Assembly: GCF_018977255.1 (NCBI RefSeq)
Contig: NW_024704743.1
Coordinates: 17,610,001-17,674,000 of the forward strand
Length of the DNA stretch: 64,000 bases
DNA from: Callorhinchus milii
Taxonomy: Eukaryota
Direction of reading: 5' to 3'
The notes under the pieces are model-generated. The model was not told the DNA's origin, did not search any database, and saw only the letters and a list, made by a program, of their open reading frames with translations. A program made the translations under genes and the position numbers. Each line of letters begins with the position of its first letter. Position 1 is the stretch's first letter. This document shows positions 50,615 through 62,797 of the stretch, one piece after another.

Positions 50615-52119
50615 TATTAGCTCTCAGATAACAATAGGTTAGAAAGGCTTTACGCGATTGTGTGAAGACTTCTTTCTCTGGGAATATCTATTTATTAATG
50701 CTAGTCTCTGTCATCGTTATTTGCTTACGTACAGATTACTTTTTGTAATATGGCAGATTTGTTGAAGCAGAAATATAAATGATCATGAATGAATGGATTG
50801 ACAATTCATTCTGACACTGTATTGTCCCCTCAGTTTGTTTTCATTTCATTTGGCTTTAGTTCTGACCAACAATTATTCCTGTATTTTGGTTACCCTTCCT
50901 ACTTCCTACCAAAGACAAAGACACAATGGTTGAGGTCAAACACATGTTTTGATAGCGATTGAATTACAGTCCTTATGCCACACAGTGTTAACTGAAACAC
51001 TGGCGATCAAAAACAACAATAGGAGCATTGAAATCTTCAGGCTCAACCATTGTTTGAATCTGTTAAGAAACATGAATTGTTTTACCTCAAGGGTTTTGAT
51101 ACTGATATCATCCCTTTCTGCAGCCTCACTAAATACATTAATGCTCCTGAGCTTACTTAAGAAAATTCACTTTGAATCTCAAGGCACAGTTGCAGTCAGA
51201 TGTATTACGTATTACTGTAGCTGTGTGTGGTAAAGTCAGATCGCACATCAATAAGATTTTTTTAAATTGAAGGTCATTTTCATTCTCAATGTAAGTCTGA
51301 GCTCACTGCTGGGCTCTGAGACAGAGGAGGAACCATTAACTGTGGCCAGTGTTTGCTTAACAAACCTTCAGCAGGAAGCTCGACTTCGTTCTGGAGGTGG
51401 GAACCATGGCCTTCTGATGTAAAGCTTGCTGTGAGCCAGTGCAAGATCAGAGAACTTCCCTTGCCACTTACGTCACAGTTCATAGCTTTTAACAATGTTT
51501 TTTTTGGTTACATGTTGCAGCCCACCATTTGGGAATCTCACTTCAAACTTGCCTCCATATTGATAAAAGTATCCTGACTCCCTTACATTCTTTCCTCAAG
51601 GTTTCATTAACCTTAAGTTGCTAAAAACTGATTTTTTAAGTTTTTTATTGGTTAAACAAACCTCTTGTAGCTGAGCAGATCCTCTCCCGCTTTGGTAAAT
51701 AGGATCAGTCTTGTTTTTTTGTTAGTTTGATCTGTTGGGATGCGAATGATTCCATTCAGATAATACTCTGACCTCCTCTGAAACCAATAAATTTGGTCAC
51801 TCAATCCACGACTGTTTGTGGGACACTGGCTGCCTTGTTTCGCCCACAAAATATACAGTCAATTCTGTGAAGCGCTTTGAGACGTGAAGACGTGATAAGG
51901 CGCAAATGCAAGGATTATTATTATTATTATTTTTAAAGATGCATTGTGAGGGCCTCGTTATAGGGAGAATGGAATCCATGATCAGCAGGGCAATTTTCTT
52001 TATATTTCAGGATAATTTCAATGATCCAAACAGCGATGTCTTCTGTGAAGATCATGTAATATGTTGAAAAGATTGTGGTACACTCTTGGTCAGCTACCAT
52101 TTTGGAACAGAGTTAAATA

Positions 52120-52593
52120 ATAGTAATCCTTGCATTTGATATAGCACCTTTCATGTTGAGAGAACGTCACCAAAGTGCTTCACAAGATTTACTGGGAAGT
52201 GGAGTGACTGTTTATTTGCAGTGAATGCGGAAGCCAATTTGCACATAGCAATGTCCCATGAAGTGAGCAGCCAATTTTATTTGGTCACCGGGAAGAACAC
52301 CCTTCTCTTTTCGAGCAGTGCGTTGAGATCTTTAACATCCACCTGAACAGGCAGACAGACCCTCGGTTTAACCTCTCATCTGAAGGGTGGCACCTCTGAT
52401 GATGGCACACACTCCCAACGTTGCATTGGAGTCTCAGCTTCAATCGACAATGTGAGTTCAAACTACAACAAGATTACATTTGTATAGCGCCTTTCACGTC
52501 GGGAGGACGTCCCAAGGGTCTCAACATGGGGCTTGAACCCACAACCTTCTGACTCAGAGGTGAAAGCATTACTAACTGAGCCAGGCTAACACA
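52120..52593 (-). mobile_element. Deu-domain SINE carrying a ~50-bp L2A tail insert at ~52465-52516
   Basis: Head AACTGAGCCAGGCTAACAC and Deu core. The insert reads ACAACAAGATTACATTTGTATAGCGCCTTTCACGTCGGGAGGACGTCCCAAG. Confidence 0.85.
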
Positions 52594-54167
52594 CAAGGCT
52601 GACAGATATTCATCCATTTGGTTGAATTAAGTTTTCACTTCTTCCCCTCTCGTTTTCATTCAATTTGTATAATCAAATACTTTCCTTGTCTAGAATCCTG
52701 TGAAGGTATCATAAACATTGCATCCCAGAAATAGGTAATTCCCCTATCAAGTCTGTACTGGAGATTTTTATTTCTTCCCAAGCCACCGAATCCCCACTCT
52801 GCTTCACTCCCCATAACTTTAATATACCTATTTGTCAAGCATCTATCTAATTCCCTTTTAATAGAATTTATGGACTTTTTGTGGCAACAACTGGTGGTAG
52901 AGAATTCCAGATTCCAACCAAATATCTGTGTAAAAGATTATTTCAACTTCCCCTTTAATTACTTTTATGAATATCTTAAATGTATGCCCTCTCATTTGTG
53001 ATTCACCAGGAGAAATAATCTATTATTATGTATCCTATTAGAAACCTATGCAAACATAAAGGCCCTCATCAGGTCATCCCTTAAACTTCTCACCTCTTTC
53101 TCCCCAGAAGTGCTGATCAGCATCCGTCTTTCTCCAGACTAGACGACAGGCTGTCTGGGTTCAAAACAATGAAAGGAATCAGAGTCACTTCATCATAATG
53201 GGATAGCAGAGCTATATTAGGTTTACAATTTGCCCTAAATTAAACTCAGCATTGCCTGAATCTGATTCCAATCAAGCAACTGGAGACTTAAGTTAATTTA
53301 TTCGTGATTTTAAGAAGAATATGGGAAACTAATGGTTAAGTGCATTTCATGCAACGAGCTTACACTGAATATTGAACTCTATTGTATTTCTAGAATGTAT
53401 CCTGTTTCAGACTTTTGAAATTTCCACACATTTGCACTGTTATGCTTGCCACAAAAACATAAGGAAAATGTCCAGATGTTTAGACCATTAATGTGCAGTA
53501 AGCATTGATTATGACTGTAAACCATTTCATTAAGATGTTTTAAAAGGAATCTGGGTTGAAGTACACCAAATAGACAATGATCTGCTGCATTAGGATAATT
53601 TATCAGTCCTAATGAAAGGGAGAAATCGAGGTGGTTACCAGCATAATCTCCCCAAAGGCAATGACAAGGTAATTGATCTTCAGCTGGCAGCTGCTCGCAG
53701 ACTTGGACAGAACAGCAGTTTGTGAATGGAAGTGTGCTGAGAGGAAGTATCATGACATACTAACTGCTAAGAATGAGCCAAAGATCTTGCATGACCCTGA
53801 ACAGATGTTCCTGTTGGTGAAGTGTTTTAGCAAAAAGGACTACTTTGCATTCTTCTGATTGATCACCTTTTTACCGTCTTCCATCAGACAGAGATTGCAT
53901 AGATATTCCACTTCTGATAACTGGTGTGGTAAAGGAGAAAGATCTTGTCTGATCTTTCATATTTAACTTTTTAATTACTTCATTGATCAGTCTGTACAAT
54001 ATTAGTGGAGAGGCTTGTTGAAGTATAAAGGTTCTTTTGCTATTCCTAAATCCTTCTTAATTTCTTACATCATCACTGGCAGAGCACAGCAGGCAATGTT
54101 GTTACTGGCAATTTTCATTGAAAATTCCAAAATGATGTACAGTGACACTGGTTAATTTTAATTACAG

Positions 54168-54250
54168 GGTGGAGAGCACTGTTATTATCATGGTATAATC
54201 CGAGGAAATGCAGAATCCTCTGTGGCCCTTTCAACCTGCCATGGACTACA
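54168..54250 (+). CDS. ADAM22: ADAM22 internal coding exon (prodomain), 83 nt: [27 protein letters not shown](H)
   Basis: TTACAG acceptor and GTAAGT donor at 54251. It carries the ADAM prodomain motif HCYYxGxxxG...SxVALSTCxGL. GGEHCYY, RGN and STCHGLH fit ADAM22 better than ADAM11 or ADAM23 as recalled. Confidence 0.95.
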
Positions 54251-56132
54251 GTAAGTTGCTAATCTTTTGAATGTATGTTCATATTTACAGTATTTAGCAG
54301 TTCTTATTTAGCATTGTTTTTTTTCTGCAAAACAGCCTAATAATGTTTATTGAATAACTCATTTTAGTTTCCAGTTCTGTGATTTTTCTAGCACACATCT
54401 GAGTATCAGCAAGAAGGAAACTATATTAGACCTTAGCTCTATCTGGTAACCTACTTCAAGGTGATCTCCAAATTGCCAATTTTAAAATGTTTAGGATGAC
54501 ATTGGGATATAACTGTATGGCAAATTCTTACTTCTTCCTAGTCGACTCAGTTCTGAACTCAACCTGCCATTGTTTATGCTGATATTGGCATGTGGTGGGA
54601 TCTCCCTCACTTTCTGCTACTCTCTCATTTCCCCAATGAGGAGAGGAGGGTTCACCAGCACTTGCTATGTCTTCCATGAATACCAAAACTTGAATCAAAA
54701 TGGAATTCTATTATCAGGTCTGAGGCTCAGCCTCAAACCTAATCTAATTGCTTAAGTGCAGTGCAGTTTTGAATTTCATTGATTTCAAAAATGAGTTTGG
54801 GGTGAGAATTTAAGGGCAGCTTTCAGGAGATTAAAATAAAGAAAAAGACTAATGCTTCGCTGACATATTCCATAGGGAATAGAGTGGTATTATCCAGTCA
54901 TGTTGTATCTCTTGAATGGGAAGACATGTCATGTGCATGTCAATAAGTAAAGGAGATCATTTACAAATCTCTGTTTCACTGTGACCTGCAGTCTGCTTAT
55001 CAGTCCTAAAGCAGCACAGTATTTAGTCTCTAAAGCTCTTTAAGACAGCAGGATTTCCCTCCATGGACACATGTAACTTTGTTTTAGCTGGGGAGGCCCT
55101 GTTAATGTTATAGTAATAATAATAATAATCATATGTTTAGAATGTTGGAGAACCGATCTCCCATTTACAATGGGAAAACAACTTCTTTCCAACAATGTCT
55201 TTTCAGGATATTGAGGTATAATGGATCCCCTTCTTGTTTGCTTAATGCATGGTGCACCTTATTTTCCTCAAAATACTGTAATTATACATGGTGGATTTTT
55301 AAAAATCCCATTTTTCACATACTTGCTTCCAACAAGAATGTCAAAATCAGGAATAATAGCATTCGACAGTTTTTACACTCCCCTGTCTAGAACCACTGAG
55401 ACCTGCTGTAATGTGCCATTGTAAACCTAACATCACTCTCTGGGTGCCATCCCAACTAACAAAAATTATAGTTTCGTTCTCAGCATTACTGAGAACACAA
55501 CTAGAGGAAGAGAAATGATTTCTTCCAGTTCATAGCAATCATGGCATAATTACACCAAAGATACGGATGAAAAAGGTCCTTCGCACCATTTCATTTCATC
55601 CTTCCAGAATATCTATCCTACCCATCTCCTGTGACAGCATTAAGCTGTTGCTTAACAAGAAATGTAAAGATACTGAGGGGAGGAAACAGTTAGACTGCTG
55701 TACCGTGCTGAAGATTTAATAATTTATTTTTAGCTAACACTCTCCAATAGGCATATTTTGAATTTGTTTTTTTGGAGAAAGAAGAAGAATACTAATAATG
55801 GATTTTGTTTAGGAAAACAAAGACAGTGTTGTTCTTGAAATTCATTACAAAAGTGTTCATTGTAAAGTCATGGGGCTTTAAAAAAAACTACTGCACATGT
55901 TAGATAGATACCAATCTGTTATGAAACAAATGTGTAGTCATGTGTTTGATGTCACTTGATTCTCTTTCTTTCTGCTGAGGTACAATTACAAGGCAATCTC
56001 CACACTTTGTCCGAGTGCCCATTATGCATATATGAGGCCAAACTTTGTAGTCGGAGATAGTTGACGCATCACTTGCAATTTTTTAGTTGCAATTATTCCC
56101 CCCCTTTGTTTTGCAGCGTTAACACCTCTTTA

Positions 56133-56372
56133 ACCCATCATCCCCTGTCCTCTACCCCATTTTCTCCTTTGTCTTCCTTGCCTTGCCCCTCGCTTTCTGT
56201 TTAACCCTTAAAAGCCTCTCTCTCCCAACATGCCCCAGTTCTGACGAAGGATCGTGGACCTGAAACATTGACTGACTTTCTTTTCTCCATAGATGCTGCC
56301 TGACTTGCTGAGTGTTCCCAGCGACTTCTGTTTTTGTTTCAGATTTCCAACATCTGCAGTATTTTGCATTTC
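56133..56372 (+). mobile_element. Penelope-like element terminal (pLTR-type) fragment
   Basis: A pyrimidine-rich stretch, a hammerhead core, then AGATGCTGCCTGACTTGCTGAG..CCAGC..TTTCAGATTTCCAACATCTGCAGT, which I recall as the end of a common chondrichthyan Penelope-type repeat. Confidence 0.6.
56236..56274 (+). ncRNA. Minimal type I hammerhead ribozyme motif (probably decayed)
   Basis: CAGTT-CTGACGA-AGG(A)TC GTG GACCT-GAAA-CA-TT-GACTG. Stem I is CAGTT/GACTG, the core is CUGANGA, stem II is present, GAAA is followed by a UH site, and stem III is vestigial. Confidence 0.65.
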
Positions 56373-56476
56373 GTTTTCCTTCTTCATATTAACATGTCTT
56401 GTGATCTTGTGTTGATAGGCTATTAAACCGCGGGAATAATTACAGTCAACGTGTCCTTGACCACATCCACACATCA

Positions 56477-56916
56477 GGTGTCAGCCTGGCTCAGTTGGTA
56501 GCACTCTGGCCTCTGAGTCAGAAGGTTGTGGGTTCATGCCACATGTTGGGATTTAGTACCCATATAGTCTATGCTGACATTCCAGTGCAGTGCTGGGGGT
56601 GAGCATTATCAGAGGTGCCGTACTTTAGATGAGACATTAAACTGAGGTCCCACCTGCCTGTCCAGATGGGCACTGAAGATCCCATGACCCTATTCGAAAA
56701 GAGAAGGGAGTTTCTCCCAGTGTCCCGGCCAACAATCTTCCAAATAAAATTGGTCACTCACTCCATGGCTGTTTGTAGGATATTGCTGTGTGCAAAATAG
56801 TTGTCACATTCACCCAAAAAAGACACAGTCACACCACTTCCCAGTGTATTCTGTAAAGCACTTTGAGATGTCTTGACAATGTGATAAGGCATTATATCTA
56901 ATGCAAGGATTATTAT
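56477..56916 (+). mobile_element. Deu-domain SINE (family D, SacSINE1-like), best full-length copy
   Basis: tRNA-like head GGTGTCAGCCTGGCTCAGTTGGTAGCACTC..GTGGGTTCA, Deu core AGAGGTGCCGT..GATGAGACATTAAACTGAGGTCC..AAGATCCCATG..GTGTCCCGGCCAA and an L2-type tail. Confidence 0.9.
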
Positions 56917-57137
56917 AAGAACATAAGAATTGCTAGACGAAAGAAAACCAAGGTCCATCCAGCTTGCCTTCCACCAACCTGGCAGTTACATGCACATATC
57001 ATGACCCAAAGTATATACTGTATCCCAAGTCATTATTTCCTAAAATACATTTATCTACTTTGCTTTTGAAAGAATCAACACGGTCTGCTTCCACTGTCTC
57101 CCTAGACAGTCTGTTCCATACGTTTACTACTCGCTCT
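56915..57137 (-). mobile_element. CR1 3' fragment with (TTCTTATG)n tail
   Basis: SERVVNVWNRLSRETVEADRVDSFKSKVDK and taagaacataagaa. Confidence 0.85.
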
Positions 57138-59168
57138 GAAATAGATTTGTTTTGAATTTTTATTAGTATCCAATTTTGTGTGCTCACTCCTGTCTGACTT
57201 GCCCCTCCCTAACCAGTGACTAGTGCTACACCAGGCACTGCCTTTACCCAATAGGTCATCAATGGAACACATCTGCTTGGTTCAGTAGGAACAATTCTTT
57301 TTCCTACCCTATGTTGTTTATTTATCTCTAGGAATAACTAGTGTTCATCAGTAATACATTTGGTAAAAGTTCAAGCTACACAGAAGATAGATATTAAAAT
57401 GAAAGTTAAAAGATTTCATAATTAATTATAACAATTTCAACTCTTTGCATTAAATAGGTTTGAATATTTTGATTTAACCATGGCATCACTGATGAACTGG
57501 CTGGAAATGTTACTGAGCGTAACTATGTGAGAGAACAGAATAGACCTCTGTTATTAACCAAGAGTACTTCACACAGCTTGGCACTTGAACCACATATGTT
57601 TATTCAGCTCCTTCACACAATGGCACAGTCAATCTTTTAAGGCAGTTCCATCAATGATGTCATTAGCAGTCTAAAATAAAATAAATGGAAGTACTGCATT
57701 GAAAGTACATTTTGTGCACAAAAATACAGTCAATTCACTTTACAGTACATTCCTTTGAAGCGCTTTGAGACATCTCGAAGATGTGATAAGGTGCTACATC
57801 AAATACAAGGATTATTATTATTTTTAAAAAACTAGAACTGTTATATATCTATATGATTTAGCAGACATAAGAGTGTAAGAAAGAGCTCACTTGACATGTC
57901 TACTTAAAGAAGCTTTTGGCATTGTCATTCATATTAACATAATATCACCTGCCATATACTTTCACTGTTGCTTTTAACAATGGTCATTAATGATTCTATA
58001 AGCGATGAAGCTTTTAAACTGGTTTCATTTAAGAAAGACATTGAATTTTTTTTATAGTACCGTATCTCGTCAATAACTCTTTTCTGTGAAGTGCAGTTGC
58101 TGTTTTTGTAGGCAAATGCAGTAGCCATGTTGCGCACAGCAAGGTTGCAGATCAATCATTAGGTGAACGACCAATTTATAGAGAGAATTGTTGACCAGAA
58201 CACTGAGAAACTCTCTTCACTTTTCAAATACGGTCATGGGAGCTTTCAGATCCACATGAAGAACAGAAGATGAGACATCAGTTTAACATGTCACTTGAAA
58301 GATGGATGAGGAAAGCTTTATTTCAAATGAAATTCTGCTTTCAGTAATCAGTGAAGGAATGAATAAATCAAGGCATTTATTCACTGGCAGAATGCTGTGT
58401 CAGATTTCAGTGCTGATATTTAGATTTTCTTTTCCATGCTGGAATAAATAGAATGAATACTGGATTTGGATTACAGTTCATAGCTAAGTGCTTTTACATT
58501 AATCTGTTAAAATTAATTTACAAATTTCCCAGTTGCCTATCATTGGCATGCAGTGTACTCTCTTATAGCTTGTAAATATTACGTGGGTTAGTATCACCTC
58601 CAGTTCACATACAGTACAACTGCTAAGCCTGCAAAGATATTCTAGTGTTTTAAGGTAGTTGCCAGATATTTCCTATACTCTCTTGCCTTTCCCGCTGTTC
58701 AGTCTCTTCTTCTCATATACCCAGTAATGGTTACCTTTCTTCTTTCCTCCATAATTTCACTGTTCCTCACAATTCATTCAGCTTTCTACTCTTTGCATTT
58801 TACTTTTACCCAGTTCTCTTTTATATAATAATAATCCTTGCATCTTCCAGACGTGTCAAAGCACTTCACTACTGTAAAGTGAATTGACTGGATGTTTTGT
58901 GGGGGTGAAACGCGGCAGCCAATTACACTCAGCAATTTCAGAAATTGGTTTAGTTGGGTGTAACAAACTAGTAATTTGTGTTATCACTGATGTTGTAGAG
59001 TTGGGAGTTCTTGACATTGACACTGAGTGTAAAAAATCCCAAATGTTTAATCTATGAACATAGATATTCCTTGTCACAACAACAACGCCAAAATTGTACG
59101 ACCCACAATTTTTAATTAAGAAATAAAATCCAGCAAAATGCCCTGACGATATTGAGTCACAAGGACAT

Positions 59169-59727
59169 TTTATTTTGGTCAGCCGGGTGTCTGACACATG
59201 CAGAAACCCATCACCGTGCTTTAGAGTATCCAAACCAAACTGAGAATTTTATACAACCCTCCTCCACATGGAAATTCCATAGATAGATTGTTGGAATGGA
59301 AGCGCACTCTCTCCCCGGAGGGACGCTTCCTACTTACCTAATTCCAGAGATATTAAGTCTTGGTGACCCCATAGTGAGCGTTGGAGCACTGCTGGAGTCT
59401 AATCTAATTACTAGACTAGTCTAATTATTATTATTATTATTATTAATCAGCTTAAACTGAATTGCTTGCCGTTGATATAGCTGTCTGGCAAGCTTTGCTC
59501 ACTGGTTCTCCAGTTGGGACCACCTTACCTGTTAGGGCTTTGGTTTGCACGGTTAACAGGAGCTGAGTGGGAGCCATAGCTGATAATAGTATTAATAATA
59601 ATAATCCTTGCGTGTGTTGTAGTAGTTTTCACAATGGGAGGTGTCTCAATACACTTCACCGGATTTACTAAGGACCAGCTGGCTCAGGAACCAGACTACC
59701 GAGACAACCACGAAAGACTTGCTCGAT
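59169..59727 (-). mobile_element. Family X copy with a (TTA)n expansion and a SINE-tail insert
   Basis: TTTATTTTGGTCAGCCGGGTGTCTGACACATGC..CACATGGAAATTCC..GGTTAACAGGAGCTGA..GGCTCAGGAACCAGACT. Confidence 0.8.
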
Positions 59728-60539
59728 CTTATCTGGTCATTCTCCGTAACTCATCCTTGTAACACAAGGGATCAGCCTTGTTGCTAACCTTTGCTTTGCC
59801 TCTAGGGCATGAGTTAATCTTGTCCATCCTAACCAGATCAGCTTGAGCATGACTTCTGAACACAACTGATTTGATACTATAACCCAGCATCCTGTTTGTC
59901 TTGTTCAATTTGCCTCACACTGGTTAGTAATGGTGAGTGAAAAGGCAATTGACACCCTTAGGTGTTTTTCAGGTTTCCCCCTTGTAAAGTACTGTACAAT
60001 ACATGCAGCATAAGTACCTTCTACTTTCTATATGCAATGCTTTGCATCTATGTGAATTGAGCTGTATTTGTATTAGAATCAAAGAAATTTACAACATAGA
60101 AGAAGATCTGGGCTGGCTCTTTTAGAGAACAGTCCTTTCAATCCCATTTACCTGCTCTTGGCCCATCCCTTACTCCTTTTTAGATACATACCCTGTTGAG
60201 CTCTCTTTTAAGACCTTGGCTCATTCTGCAAAGTGCTTCAAGGCATTTCAGTTCTGTGAAAGGCACTATAGAAATCTAACTTAATGTTGTTGTTTTGGGC
60301 TATCTGGTCTGATTCCTCTGTTCCCCAGAGCTTAGTATCATCTGGGAAACCAGGTCATTTATGAGTACGAGGAACAGGAAGAGTCTCAACACAGTAGTTC
60401 CTCGGATAAAAAAATAATGTGTTCTATATATGCCAAGATAAAAGATAAATATCTTAACTTATGACACTGTCTAGAACACACTTGCGACTGGTTACTTGTG
60501 ATCTACATGTTTGCCCTGAATTGTGGAGCTGTTTATCAT

Positions 60540-61117
60540 TTTTTATTGGTCAGCCAGGTGTCTGACACATGTAACACCCATCACTATGCTTAAAAGTATC
60601 CAAACCAAGCTGAGATTTCCGTGCTTCCCACCTACACATGGAAATCCCAGAGATAGATTGTTGGAATGGAGTGCGCACTCTCTTTGTGGAGTGATGTATC
60701 CTGCTACTTAATTCTGGAGAGTTTTAGCCACAGGTTGGCAAGAGCCAAGAGTTGGAGACCCAGAGTGTGCGTGGGGTTTTGCTGGAGTCTAACCAGCTAA
60801 AACCGCATAGCTTGCCATTGATATTACTCTCTGGCAAGTTTCCCACTGCCAGTCCAGCTAGGAACCCCAGAAGGTTAGGGCTTTGGGAAGGGTTAACAGG
60901 AGCTGAATGGGAGGATTCCCTGCCCCCAGTGACTGGTCTGCCGTTCCAGATCCTGTAAATGAGCCAGTGTGCTGTCATCAGCAGTGCTCTGGAATACTGC
61001 GAACCCGCCTGGCTCAGTAACCGGATTACTGAGACCGTTACAGAGGGCTGGCTTGATTCTGACATTGCATTACCAGACATGTCACCTTGGAGCCATTTCA
61101 GCTCCATACCCCAAGGA
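60540..61117 (-). mobile_element. Family X, near full-length copy
   Basis: Colinear with 19556-20117 from GGTGTCTGACACATG to CATGTCACCTTGGAGCCATTTCAGCTCCA. Confidence 0.85.
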
Positions 61118-61196
61118 GGATAGTTCTAGAAGTCCCTTCGGGCTTTTCGCAATTTATATTTTATGGTTCTTACATGTTTCAGATGCCGTCTCTGAA

Positions 61197-61522
61197 CTCC
61201 GTTCAGCGGGCTCCGGCCTGCTCCACATCTCCCTCCCGACCTGCCCTACCATCGGTGGCTGGGCTTTCAGCCTCTCTGTCCCCACAATCTGGGACTCCAT
61301 CCCACAGTCTCTTCGCCTCGTTTCCTCCCTTGCCTCCTTCAAGGCCGGTCTCAAGACCCTTTCTCTTCGACCGTGCCTTTGGTCACCCTCCCAACTCTCT
61401 GCCTTCCCTCATCCCCACACCACCCCTCCTCCATGCTCGGGTCCTGATCCCTGACTGTCCGGCGCCTTGGGATGCCCTCCTGACGTGAAAGGTGTTCTAT
61501 AAATGTAATTTTGTTGTTGTTG
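61197..61522 (+). mobile_element. L2A 3' fragment
   Basis: LRSAGSGLLHI..TIGGWAFSLS..FKAGLKT, a type A stem-loop and a TTG tail. Confidence 0.9.
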
Positions 61523-62210
61523 TGGTTTTATTTATAATGGATACTTCAGTTATTGAGACAAATTAACAGACCCTTTCCAACTTAATCTGCATTTCTTCTG
61601 ACTGGGCCAACCTTCTAATACCGCAAATATGAGCTCCCTGGCATTGCTTTTACTGAGGATACAATCACACGTTACACTAGCACAAACATAATTCATTCCT
61701 CCGCCATTAGCTCCATTGGTCAACCCGCAAAATATGTTAAAATTAATACATTCAGTGTTGCAAGCATTGTCCTTTCTGCTGTGCTGTAAATTTCTGTGCT
61801 GTTGCGGTTAACAAACTACATAGAATTACATTGAATGATATGGCATGGAAACAGGCCATTTGGACCATGTCGGTGTTTACACTCCACAAAAGCCTCCATC
61901 TCTCATATTCCCCTCTATTCCTTTCTCCCTCCTATGTATGCATCAAGTAACCTCTTAAATGCATTGATGCTTTTTGTTTCAATCGGTAGTTAGTTGCACA
62001 ATCTCGCCACCCTCTGTGTGAAGAAGTTCCTCCTGAACACTCTGTTAGATCTATTACTAGCTATCTTATAATTATACGTTGTGTAAAAATGTTAGGAATT
62101 TTTTAGTTCTGTTTTTATTATTCATCGTTTAAACACATATGTTATCATAACCACCATTGCACACTAATCTCTACACTTTACTCAGCTTGTCTGTGTATTA
62201 TATTTTTTAG

Positions 62211-62280
62211 TGGAATGTTTCATGATGGCAATCACACGTACATAATCGAACCACTACTGAGGAACGATGAAAACATATTG
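62211..62280 (+). CDS. ADAM22: ADAM22 internal coding exon (prodomain), 70 nt: (H)GMFHDGNHTYIIEPLLRNDENIL
   Basis: TTTTTTAG acceptor and GTAAGT donor at 62281. CA|T across the splice completes His. The peptide matches recalled ADAM22 GMFYDGNHTYLIEP. Confidence 0.93.
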
Positions 62281-62460
62281 GTAAGTCTTGTTTTACAAAT
62301 GTTATATGTTGTAAAGTGAAGTTAACAATGTAATGATGGTTTAAAGCTGTAATGTAATGATACTAATAGGGTTTCAAGACTTTTTTCATATTTTATATCT
62401 TAGTCTAAATTTTGAATTAAAATAATAATCAGAACTTCAAGCTTCTTCTTGCAACATTGA

Positions 62461-62797
62461 TGCAAGCGAGAGGACTTGAGTTTGATTCCCGGGCAGGCCG
62501 AAACGTTGGACAAGCTTCCTTCCTCCACACGCCTTTTTTACCTTGTAGTAAGGAGGAACCTGGTTGTCAGTCGATTGGCAGATCGCTTTTCCGGGGAGTA
62601 ATAATTCCTTCAAAATAAATAAAATTATTTGGTCACTCATCTATGACTGCTTGTGGGACACTGCTGTGCGCAATTGGCTGCTGCGCTTCACAAAATATAA
62701 AGTCAATTCACTTTACAGTATATTCTGTGAAGCGCTTTGAGACGTCACAAAGACATGATAAGGCGCTATATCAAAAATCCAAGGATTATTATTATTA
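62461..62797 (+). mobile_element. SINE family A, head 5'-truncated
   Basis: GCAAGCGAGAGGAC..TTCCCGGGCAGG, central domain and tail. Confidence 0.88.

Noticed and set aside
57490..57520. Second hammerhead candidate CTGATGA..GAAA
   Set aside because: No stem II pairing and no convincing stem I.
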